DNA of 16,363 nt from Verrucomicrobiota bacterium. Lineage in GTDB: Bacteria; Verrucomicrobiota; Verrucomicrobiia; Verrucomicrobiales; DEV007. The DNA lies in contig JASFYY010000101.1 in the NCBI GenBank assembly GCA_045046875.1, positions 1 to 16,363 of the forward strand, given 5' to 3'. A program made the translations under genes and the position numbers. This document shows positions 1-8,147 of the stretch, in pieces; positions within the stretch are counted from its first letter, which is position 1, and every line of letters starts with the position of its first letter. The notes under the pieces are model-generated. The model ran no database searches. It worked only from the letters and a program-made list of their open reading frames with translations, and was not told the origin of the DNA.

Positions 1-112
1 CGCCCTTTTTATATAACAACACAGCCTGCTTACGGCGATCATGAAGCTCAGCATTTGTCAACTTGCGCCCGTCTCTTAATTTCATTCGGAACTATAAACC
101 AGTGCACTCTGT

Positions 113-505
113 TTGTCCACCGAGTTAGTACCTAGCCAGGATTATAAACGACCCGTCTTTGATTTTCTTCTTAAGCTGCCAGAAAAATACCTCATGGAAG
201 ACACAATGCTCATCGGTGACCTGAACACAGGGCGACATTATGAAGACGAGGAAGGGGCTACATATGTTTCTGCCCACCAGTTTGATGCGCTTCTGGAACA
301 AGGGTGGATCGATTCGTGGCGAATTCGTAATCCTGACGCACGGGAATTTACTTGGTTTTCGCGGGGTTATAATAATGGTTTTCGCCTTGATCATACCCTT
401 GTCTCTCCGGCGATGAATGAGCGGATTACGGATGTGAAGTATTCTCATACGGAACGAGAAGCAGGAGTAACTGACCACTCTCTGATGGTGGTGGATGTTG
501 ACTGA
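113..505 (+). pseudogene. 5'-truncated endonuclease/exonuclease/phosphatase (EEP, ExoIII-like) gene; only the C-terminal half is present
   Basis: C-terminal EEP motifs are present: IGDLN, GWIDSWR, FTW, RLDH and DHS. The N-terminal motifs (xWNxx, LQE) are absent. In-frame TAA stops at 14-16, 77-79 and 95-97 prevent upstream extension, and the only start at the 5' end is TTG at 113. Confidence 0.7.
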
Positions 506-578
506 AATTAAGGATAAATTCACATTTCCACTTCGAGAAACAACCGAACAAAACTAAACTCATTATGAAGGGTAGCTT

Positions 579-1535
579 TCACATTCCTGATTTCCGTATC
601 ATTCCTTTCAAAAAGGGTTCTCTAGATATGGATCGTCTTGTGGCATCGCAAATAACAAATACTCCCTCTCCGTAAGGCATGCCAAAATCATTCGAATCGG
701 ACGCGCGGGCAAATACCGTCAATAACGAACTGCCAAAAAGCCTTACAACGACAATAGGACCTTCTTGATTAAGATTTACAATGGTTATTCCATGTTCGTG
801 TTTTCCGAGATCTGAAAAAAAATCGTCTGCAGGTGCTGCGCCATCAAAAGATGCCCCGTGAATTTTAACATCCGCAGCTTCTTCCGCTGTTGAAGCGCGG
901 ATAGCTTTCTGCCACTCGCCGTTTAGTGGGTCATCCAGAAAATCCTCACCCAAATACTCAAAACATGCGAGATAAGCGATTTTCATCAAGCCTGCCTTAA
1001 TTACTGTTAGGTTGAACGATGCTTGCAGATGCAATTCCTGATTCTCACTTCTTTCGACTTTCACTTCACCGATAGACATACCCTTATTTTTAAGATTGGC
1101 TTCCATCTGAGTGAGTAGTTCTTGAGACTGTCCCTCTGTCGCGACAATCCGTTTGGGCCTTCCATCGATATCAATGTCAACCGGATTTCGGTGGTAAACC
1201 TCAACTGCCCCCGAGTGCGGTAGAGTTATATCAACGGGTCGCCCCCCTTCTACTGTTGTTCCTCTGAGTTTCAATTTTGCAGTTCCTGATCGTGATTCTA
1301 TTCCATGAGTAGTCCGTGGAATAGCGACACTTGGATCTTCGAGAAATCGCGCATCGAAGGTTTGCCCAAATTCGTTATTTTCTTCCTCACAAGCACGAAC
1401 CGAATACCCATTTGGGCCACCTAGTGCATCTAGAATGATGTGCTCCCGGCTCGTTTTTTCAAGTTCATTGAGCAGCTTCAAGGTATAAGGACATCTTTGC
1501 TGCCATTCTATATTTTCTTTTGCTTGATCAGTCAT
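579..1535 (-). CDS. HNH endonuclease (HNH_5-like N-terminal domain) with an uncharacterised C-terminal region, 318 aa
   Basis: N-terminal CPY...SREHIILDALGG...ACEEENNEFG matches the EHIIPxxLGG...CxxCNxxFG pattern. A later KIAYL motif is typical of this family. It starts 10 bp after the stop of the upstream gene. Confidence 0.72.
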   Translation of the reverse strand: MTDQAKENIEWQQRCPYTLKLLNELEKTSREHIILDALGGPNGYSVRACEEENNEFGQTFDARFLEDPSVAIPRTTHGIESRSGTAKLKLRGTTVEGGRPVDITLPHSGAVEVYHRNPVDIDIDGRPKRIVATEGQSQELLTQMEANLKNKGMSIGEVKVERSENQELHLQASFNLTVIKAGLMKIAYLACFEYLGEDFLDDPLNGEWQKAIRASTAEEAADVKIHGASFDGAAPADDFFSDLGKHEHGITIVNLNQEGPIVVVRLFGSSLLTVFARASDSNDFGMPYGEGVFVICDATRRSISREPFLKGMIRKSGM

Positions 1536-1545
1536 AGATTTTTTA

Positions 1546-3420
1546 TCATTTTCTTAGAGGAGTTCCTTCGGTTTCGCCTAATTGCTCCCGAACACATCTA
1601 TAACCATGTAAAAGGAGCCCGAGGGTCAACCACCAAACATAACAGACTGTTCCAGTGAAATATGCACCATCGGGCGCTAACCCATGCGACATTTCATTGC
1701 GGAGATTGTGCCCGAACCGTTCAATCAAATTCCCTCTTAGATCGAATGCAATATCTTCTCCGAAAATTTGCCTCATCTTTGTATGGCAAAGGAGCCACCC
1801 AATATCATGCTCCTTCTGAGTTCCATCAGATTCCAAGGTCGACGTTACGACATCGTGTTGCTGGAAAACGTATCTGATCGACTGTTCCAATTGAGGAATA
1901 AGGATATGGGCTGCAACAATCCAATCCCCGTAGAAACCAGCTTGAATCCCGCGGAGATAGAAATACTCATGCCCTTCAGGGACAAATGGATTGAGCTGGA
2001 TCAGAAATGACAAATCCCTCATGCGAAACGAATGCTCATTTAGTAGCACACGTCGAGCGGGTTCGATTATTGCATCCACACGGTAGGGCCACTCTGATTC
2101 TTTGGCCTGCTGCCACATATCATCACGAAACGCTTGTTCATTATCTGCGTCAGAAGACGGACTGATGCCTGGTGAAGTGGCCGCCACTTTCCCAGAGTAA
2201 TCCTTACTAACTGCTGGAAACATATTGTGTAAGAATTGCTCGTTATTCTCTTCTACCTGTTTTTTATAGGAAACCGGATCTATAGGCCGAGTAATTAAAA
2301 TGAAACGCATTATCGCTTCTTGAAAAGAGTACCCATGAACATGATTCCGAGCAGCTTCTTGAGATTTTTTAAATTTTTCTTTGAAGCCTGGAATCTCCTC
2401 AAAATTAATCTCCATAGGACTCATTTCGGCGAGTGACGCCTTTTGAAGCTCAAGAAACCGTAAGTGGATTTTTTTGATTTTTTCAGTATCGGCTTTCGAC
2501 TGCCTCAAGACCTCTATTCCTTTGCCCACCCAATGCGCAGCGTATCCAGCCCCATTTCTTTCCTTCCCTTGCTCACCACGGTTAATCAAAGAATCTCCAC
2601 GCGCCTCACCACACCGAAGCTCGTCATCTCCTGACCCGGCCTTGCGGTGCCAACGACAAGCCAACTCCCAATAATCGTCTGCAAAATGGGTTTCTTCTCT
2701 GGCCTGAAAAACGGCGGCAAGCTTTTCGCTTAGGGCAGCATATATAGCAGGATCGCCAGATTTATATTCCATCAAATACCTCATCATTCGAGCGCAAAGC
2801 AATCCTGATTCAACATCTCCTTTATATCGTTCAATCACGGCTTCTATCTCACCGATAACTTGCATATGGAGATCCTTGTGATATCCCAGCTTTGCGGCCA
2901 ATTGTAGAGCTCTCTCAAGACGTTCAGCAAATACAGTCCACGAATCTGCATTTTCGAGACGCTTGGCCGAATCAATGTAAAAGCCGACTGCCTTGCGTGC
3001 GTAAATATGGCTTTTCCGACATTCCCAAATAACGTCTGAGATCCGTGCACCCAACTCAGAATCTTCCACATTCTCAACTATTCCTTCTAACGCATCAAGG
3101 TCGTCTTCAGTGAGGTCTTCTGCCATATGTGAACGATGCTTCCCATCTGGCGAAAAAGGCCCATAAGGGTTACCACTGATATCATAGTTGGGCATATAGG
3201 AACAGAGCCTCCCCAAAAGCCTATGAACACTAAATCCAACACCGTCTCCAGCATCTTTCAGCTCTTTTGCACGTCTAAATAATCCTCTCTGGAACTCAAA
3301 ACATTCCTTCATAGGTTCTTCTTTAAGGATAGACACCCAATCACTGGCATAGGTAATTATATCCTTAGAAGTAACCACATACCCCTCAAAGATCTGAGAC
3401 TCATCATTTTTATCAGTCAT
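1546..3420 (-). CDS. DUF4209-domain protein: helical N-terminal region plus C-terminal HEPN-type domain (putative RNase), 624 aa
   Basis: C-terminal AAHILIPQLEQSIR...DLRGNLIERFGHNLRNEMSHGL is characteristic of DUF4209. The R-X4-H motif RNEMSH is encoded at 1684-1701. The ATG overlaps the upstream stop (ATGA at 3417-3420). Confidence 0.8.
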   Translation of the reverse strand: MTDKNDESQIFEGYVVTSKDIITYASDWVSILKEEPMKECFEFQRGLFRRAKELKDAGDGVGFSVHRLLGRLCSYMPNYDISGNPYGPFSPDGKHRSHMAEDLTEDDLDALEGIVENVEDSELGARISDVIWECRKSHIYARKAVGFYIDSAKRLENADSWTVFAERLERALQLAAKLGYHKDLHMQVIGEIEAVIERYKGDVESGLLCARMMRYLMEYKSGDPAIYAALSEKLAAVFQAREETHFADDYWELACRWHRKAGSGDDELRCGEARGDSLINRGEQGKERNGAGYAAHWVGKGIEVLRQSKADTEKIKKIHLRFLELQKASLAEMSPMEINFEEIPGFKEKFKKSQEAARNHVHGYSFQEAIMRFILITRPIDPVSYKKQVEENNEQFLHNMFPAVSKDYSGKVAATSPGISPSSDADNEQAFRDDMWQQAKESEWPYRVDAIIEPARRVLLNEHSFRMRDLSFLIQLNPFVPEGHEYFYLRGIQAGFYGDWIVAAHILIPQLEQSIRYVFQQHDVVTSTLESDGTQKEHDIGWLLCHTKMRQIFGEDIAFDLRGNLIERFGHNLRNEMSHGLAPDGAYFTGTVCYVWWLTLGLLLHGYRCVREQLGETEGTPLRK

Positions 3421-4535
3421 TTTATATACTTCGCTTCTGCACGTATTAAAGCGCCATCAAGATCGCTCGGATCACGATCAAACTCATCTGCAACAAGTTG
3501 GCAATATTCAGTCCAAGACTCATTCCTCCGATAGTTCGGTCCTACTTTTGGATGTTTGACCTTTTTGCAAAAACTCCAAGGTGAAGGAAGAATTGTCATT
3601 GAATTAAAAGACCTGATCAATTCTTCGCTATCTCCCTGAATTTGCTGCCGCTCCAAATGTGCTCCCACTGGTAATCGCAAATATTGGAAGCGATTCATCA
3701 GCTTCCCCACTTCCGATTGATGGGTCCGGGGCTCAAACAGCAAACATTTATCAGCAGATTGAATCTGAAGGGAATTTAGCAAATCAATATCATTGGATCC
3801 GATAGGCACTATGGATGTTTTCCGGTTTCCAACTTTGTAAACCTGCGGATCATAAAAAAAGAGACAACTAGTCGGACTTAAGGGGAACACCAATTGGAAT
3901 CCAGATCGACCGAACCCTGAAAACGACCTTCCACTTCCTCTCCTATCCAACAATTGATTCATTAGTATCACTGGGTGATCACTTGTATAGAACAACTTAT
4001 TCGAGCCTTCTGATGGTGTTAAAAATTTGTAATGGAGCGTTTCCATTTCCATGAAGTTTGGGACAAGGTTATTTTTAAAAAGCATTCCGCTCACACCTTC
4101 AAAGTCCATTAACCCGGGCCGCCAACCTTCTTCCGGTTCCCTTAACTCTCCTTTATCTATGCCATCCTTTAATACAACATCCGCCCAATATTTAGGAAAT
4201 TGTTTGGCAATTTCAGCAGCCTTCCGAGTTCGAAGATAAAATATAACTGTCAGCATCCTCATCCCCACCAGTTCTTCAACGCTCATTGTCCTCCGCTTAG
4301 CTATTTCTCGAATTACGCTTGCGCTGGTTTGCTCCACATACCTCAACCAATCATCAGCAGAATCCGTCCCGTTATGACGATAAAAATAGTTAGCCTGACA
4401 ATGATTTTTAATCTTATCTCTCCCAATAAATCTGTAAGGGTCTAGAGCAGCTATTCCGATCTCTTTCTCGTCACAGAAATGACGGAGGTAATGCTGAGGC
4501 ACGAAATGTTGTTTCTTATTTTTTGGATCTGCCAT
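3417..4535 (-). CDS. DUF4238-domain protein, 372 aa
   Basis: N-terminal KKQHFVPQHYLRHF, CQANYFY, YLRT, FYTSDHPV and FPLSP motifs are typical of DUF4238. Confidence 0.85.
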   Translation of the reverse strand: MADPKNKKQHFVPQHYLRHFCDEKEIGIAALDPYRFIGRDKIKNHCQANYFYRHNGTDSADDWLRYVEQTSASVIREIAKRRTMSVEELVGMRMLTVIFYLRTRKAAEIAKQFPKYWADVVLKDGIDKGELREPEEGWRPGLMDFEGVSGMLFKNNLVPNFMEMETLHYKFLTPSEGSNKLFYTSDHPVILMNQLLDRRGSGRSFSGFGRSGFQLVFPLSPTSCLFFYDPQVYKVGNRKTSIVPIGSNDIDLLNSLQIQSADKCLLFEPRTHQSEVGKLMNRFQYLRLPVGAHLERQQIQGDSEELIRSFNSMTILPSPWSFCKKVKHPKVGPNYRRNESWTEYCQLVADEFDRDPSDLDGALIRAEAKYIK

Positions 4536-4691
4536 TAGAATCGACCTAGAGATAACCTAATACGAGATGAATCTATATGTAGAGATTTCCCGCAGAAAAT
4601 ATGGCTGCCTCCTCAAAGAGCGGCGCCAATACGAAATAGCTAAACATCTGAAAATTCCGATTTTTGCCTAGCTTACTACACGCTAATAAGC

Positions 4692-5600
4692 TTAGTTGTC
4701 ATCGAAAAAATCTCCAAAATCACTCATTTTCTCTTGAATGATTTGTCGTGCCATCATGGCATAAGGCTTACTAGAGCCTCTTGCCGCAACTAATTGCTTC
4801 ATCGAAGCGAGCATCACTTCTTCAATTGCCAATTCCACAGGTTTCGGAAGTGACTGCTCATCAATCATAATTTTCGCCAGGCTTTTAATAGTGGCGATAT
4901 TCAACTCGATAATACGAAGATGCTCCCTCCTGTTTAGCACCAAACCTGAACGATTTAGCCCATACACCTCAATCGATGCAATGGCCATTTCCCCCTTTAG
5001 CCCACTTGTTTGCACTGGTAAAAATACAGCTTCTTTTTCATGAATTTGAAGTACTTCACCAGGGTCATCTTTGCATGGATGTAAAAGCAACGGAACCTCA
5101 TCTCCCAGATCATTCTTTCCAGTCGCACGATAGTTTTCGTCTTGAATAGGAAATCGGTCCTTTTTGCCTAAAGACATCATATTTCCACTTACCGCATCCT
5201 CTTGCTTCCGCTCTCGATTGCAATCAATACAACTCGGCAGGAGATTATCCCATTCCGCAGCGAGCCAGTAGTATGCAGGCTTCATCTCACCACCTCCCTC
5301 GATTTTAACACGCCCCTTTGGTCGCCAATGCTCAACATCCATTGGCTGGGTGGCGGCATAGAGGGTCTCACAGTAGGCGCACTTTCCGTGAAACAATTTG
5401 GTGAGCGCCCCTTTTACTTCCTCGTGCTTATATAGCTTAAAATTATAGCTCCATCTTGCTTTATCTTTCCCTTTCTTTTCCCATTTTTCTAACGATTCCT
5501 TAGCTAGGCGAGTCTCCTTAGCCGCGCTTGCTTTCCCCTTAGTATCAGGAGCACTCAGCACATTCGGTTTATCCGCCAATTTACGATCAACACGTATCAT
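4692..5600 (-). CDS. PtuB-like HNH endonuclease (Septu / retron type I-A effector family), 302 aa
   Basis: Motifs FHGKCAYCE, DVEHWRPK, YYWLAAEWDNLLPSCIDCN, FP, LLHPCKDDP and SIEVYGLNR. Start reassigned from 5639 to the ATG at 5600 (MIRVDRK), which has an ATGA overlap with the upstream stop at 5597-5599 and GGAGGAGGG immediately upstream. Confidence 0.85.
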   Translation of the reverse strand: MIRVDRKLADKPNVLSAPDTKGKASAAKETRLAKESLEKWEKKGKDKARWSYNFKLYKHEEVKGALTKLFHGKCAYCETLYAATQPMDVEHWRPKGRVKIEGGGEMKPAYYWLAAEWDNLLPSCIDCNRERKQEDAVSGNMMSLGKKDRFPIQDENYRATGKNDLGDEVPLLLHPCKDDPGEVLQIHEKEAVFLPVQTSGLKGEMAIASIEVYGLNRSGLVLNRREHLRIIELNIATIKSLAKIMIDEQSLPKPVELAIEEVMLASMKQLVAARGSSKPYAMMARQIIQEKMSDFGDFFDDN

Positions 5601-7924
5601 TCGCCCTCCTCCTGATCGATTATAGATGCATAACGCCATAAATCGACGACTCGCTTTTTAACTTCTTCTCGACGCTTATTACGATCATCATCTTCATCCT
5701 GATTCTCAGTTTCAATTGTTTTTTGATCGGCTAGAAAATCATCGATCGCTTCGTAAATGAGTTGATCTCGCCTTGTGTACCCAAGCACTCCATACTTATG
5801 AAGCTCACTGGAAAGAGTATTGCGCCTAACATTCTCATCACTGGTCAAATTATCCCGTCTTGCGAGCAACTGATAGTACTCTGTAAATTTACGATCAACA
5901 TCAGGATCGATTGTGCTTTCTAATCCAAAGTGGTTTGAGGTAAGCAGCTGATCTACTCGGAGTTTTTTTGGTGACGGCAATTCATTTTCAATTCGGACGA
6001 TTTGATCTGCCTCATACTGTTCGGCCAATGGCAATGTGGAGTCAGGCTCTCGTTTAACCACTAGCACCTCCCCCTTTCTAAGCCCACGCAAACAGAGCGG
6101 ATCATGAGTGGATGTGAAAAATTGCATCTGTGGAAACGCTTTCCTCAATCGAGATACGATCCTCATCTTCCACCTAGGATGTAGATGAGTTTCCAACTCA
6201 TCGATTAGAACAATTCCCTGGACGAATTGCATATCCTTCACATTACCCGGAACACCTGCCATGATATCACAAGCAAGGGCTACGATGGTTTGATATCCTG
6301 CACTCAAGTTTTCCAACGGTTGCCCGTCGACAAGTATAGTGCTCCCATCTTTTTCTACTGACTGCTCATCCTTTAGCCCAATTAGGTCTTTGATGGCTAG
6401 TCTTGCTGGCCTAAACTCCTCTTCACTCAATAAAGAAAGCCAATTGCCCGCATCAATCAGAGGGGTAAATGGGTCAAACATATTGATTATCTCAATATTG
6501 TTTTCCTTGCTCGATAAATTGGAAGCCTTTGAGTCAATAGGTAATAAACGAGTCGATCCATACGACCTAACAAATATTCCATGATTTTCTCCACCAGATT
6601 CGAAAGAGAACTTCGTTTTGGTAATTTTTAATACAATTATATCGCCTGAAGAGAGAGCCAGCCTTACTTCCCCTACTCGCTTCCCTCGCATCAAGAATCG
6701 CTCAGGCCTAAGAAAAGGCTTAAGCTCGGGATCAACTAAATACTGCTCACCAGCTAACGCCAACGTGATTGCCTGTAATATTGAACTTTTCCCAGAGCCG
6801 TTTTCACCCAATAAGGTTATCCATTCTTTGAATTCCTTAATGGAAGATTCTTCCTCTTCGCTTTCTAGGACTGCCTCAGAAAATTCAATCGTTGGTTCGA
6901 TGGTAAGCGAATGAATTGCTTTAAAGTTACTTATTGAAATCGATTCAATAGAAACATTTTTTATGAGCTCCTCAATCTTTACTATTCCGTCACCTTTGGT
7001 ATCGACCAATTGCACAATTGGCCTGTTCCGTTGATCATCTAACCAATTAACATCATCAGGACAAGTTTCCAGCATCCTGCTGACATCATCCATATTTCCA
7101 TTTCGTATTTTATTCTCAATGGTAATTTCGAGTTGCAGTCTTCCAGATAGCCTCTGTGCCACTCGATATATTAGACCCTCTATATCTCCACGCGTCAGTT
7201 GAGATATCGTCAACCGTGCTAGCATCTGCCGCTTCATAGCAATAAACTGCTTATCACTTCTAATATATTCCAATACAAGCTCGAGCAATATATCAACCGC
7301 GTCTGTCGAATCACCCGCTCGCGTCCAAAAAATTTTAAAGCGTTGCGCTTCTTTACTCCGCAGATCAATAAGGCGATAATTATTCAAGCCAAATACATCT
7401 ATTGTCGCTCCTCCACGATTAAATTTGTTAAAAAAAGCCGAGGAGCTTGATATAGTTCCTTTCCCATCAAACTCGAGATGATACTCTGGCTGATCTACGC
7501 AAGGGTCGATTAAATATGGCTTTTCTTTTTTTAAATCTCTATCCCCCAGTAAAGCCCTGCTGTCCTCATCTGCCAGCGGAAATTTTTGCCCCTTACTTTC
7601 ACTACAACGGCTACAGGATAAATAAAGATTTTCCCAGCTATAGGCAAGCCAAGGATAGAGTGAAACAGGACGAAAGTGATTTATCACCTTGCTATCTTTT
7701 TTCGTCAGTTTTTGTTCACAATAGGCGCATTTGCCATTGAATAAGTCGAACAAGGGATCGGTCAGATTGGATCTTAATTTTCTATAATCAATACGCCATC
7801 GAGTTTTTTTCTGTGTCTCCTCCGGGACATCAAACTGTGCCTGCAGATCGATTTCCATTTTTTCATACATCGCCGAAGAGAAAAAATGTGGCATCGGAAT
7901 AGATTTTCGATCGATATAAATCAT
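5597..7924 (-). CDS. Fusion of a PtuB-like HNH domain (about aa 1-240) and a PtuA-like ABC-type ATPase, 775 aa
   Basis: N-terminal FNGKCAYCE...NHFRP...WLAYSWENLYLSCSRC...LIDPC...TIDVFGLN. C-terminal ISISNFKAI, Walker A GENGSGKSS (6782-6808), YGSTR, signature LSAGY, Walker B/D-loop VLIDELETHLHPRW, H-loop STHDP and LLTSNHFGL. AGGAG lies 9 nt upstream of the ATG. Confidence 0.88.
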   Translation of the reverse strand: MIYIDRKSIPMPHFFSSAMYEKMEIDLQAQFDVPEETQKKTRWRIDYRKLRSNLTDPLFDLFNGKCAYCEQKLTKKDSKVINHFRPVSLYPWLAYSWENLYLSCSRCSESKGQKFPLADEDSRALLGDRDLKKEKPYLIDPCVDQPEYHLEFDGKGTISSSSAFFNKFNRGGATIDVFGLNNYRLIDLRSKEAQRFKIFWTRAGDSTDAVDILLELVLEYIRSDKQFIAMKRQMLARLTISQLTRGDIEGLIYRVAQRLSGRLQLEITIENKIRNGNMDDVSRMLETCPDDVNWLDDQRNRPIVQLVDTKGDGIVKIEELIKNVSIESISISNFKAIHSLTIEPTIEFSEAVLESEEEESSIKEFKEWITLLGENGSGKSSILQAITLALAGEQYLVDPELKPFLRPERFLMRGKRVGEVRLALSSGDIIVLKITKTKFSFESGGENHGIFVRSYGSTRLLPIDSKASNLSSKENNIEIINMFDPFTPLIDAGNWLSLLSEEEFRPARLAIKDLIGLKDEQSVEKDGSTILVDGQPLENLSAGYQTIVALACDIMAGVPGNVKDMQFVQGIVLIDELETHLHPRWKMRIVSRLRKAFPQMQFFTSTHDPLCLRGLRKGEVLVVKREPDSTLPLAEQYEADQIVRIENELPSPKKLRVDQLLTSNHFGLESTIDPDVDRKFTEYYQLLARRDNLTSDENVRRNTLSSELHKYGVLGYTRRDQLIYEAIDDFLADQKTIETENQDEDDDRNKRREEVKKRVVDLWRYASIIDQEEGE

Positions 7925-7933
7925 GTTGCAATT

Positions 7934-7938
7934 CTCCT
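7934..7938 (-). promoter_or_regulatory. Shine-Dalgarno site of the HNH-ATPase gene
   Basis: AGGAG on the minus strand, 9 nt before the ATG at 7924. Confidence 0.6.
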
Positions 7939-7993
7939 AATTTTTACGAAGTCAATCAAACGCAAAATTGAAATCATCACAACAGAGTTTTGT

Positions 7994-8022
7994 AGTATAA
8001 TCCTTTGCCTCTCCGCATCTAA
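7994..8022 (-). promoter_or_regulatory. Candidate sigma70-type promoter for the HNH-ATPase/HNH operon
   Basis: Minus strand reads TTAGAT-17 nt-TATACT about 70 nt upstream of the start codon. The -10 is good (5/6) but the -35 is weak. Confidence 0.35.
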
Positions 8023-8097
8023 TTTGAATATCATACCTGGCGTTCTAGACCAACAATAAAAATACCCTTGCATTACTCCGTTAATCTCAGGACAATC

Positions 8098-8123
8098 GTG
8101 TTTTGCAAATATTTGAAAATCAC
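8098..8123. repeat. Imperfect inverted repeat, possible operator
   Basis: GTGTTTTGCAAAT-ATTTGAAAATCAC, centred on the perfect palindrome CAAATATTTG, in the intergenic region upstream of the Septu-like operon. Confidence 0.5.
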
Positions 8124-8147
8124 ACCCCTTCCCATATCCATGTAGAC

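Noticed and set aside
11..130. Possible integron attC site (ATATAAC at 11-17 ... GTTAGTA at 124-130) at the EEP truncation point
   Set aside because: Both core sites deviate from RYYYAAC/GTTRRRY and the positions expected for the L boxes are not complementary; no other attC-like sites flank the other genes.
4670..4692. Hairpin AGCTTACTA-CACGC-TAATAAGCT at the stop of the PtuB-like gene as an intrinsic terminator
   Set aside because: The stem is AT-rich and is followed by GGCAAAAA, not a U-tract, in the direction of transcription.
5601..5639. ORF-track N-terminal extension of the HNH gene (MALCIYNRSGGGR)
   Set aside because: It overlaps the ATPase C-terminus; the ATG at 5600 has an SD, an ATGA coupling and matches the paralogous MIYIDRK start.
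4536..8147. Retron type I-A (Ec78/Ec83-like) call for the ATPase + HNH pair
   Set aside because: No reverse transcriptase ORF (no YADD-type motif in an RT context) in the window and no convincing msr-msd inverted repeats in the adjacent spacers.
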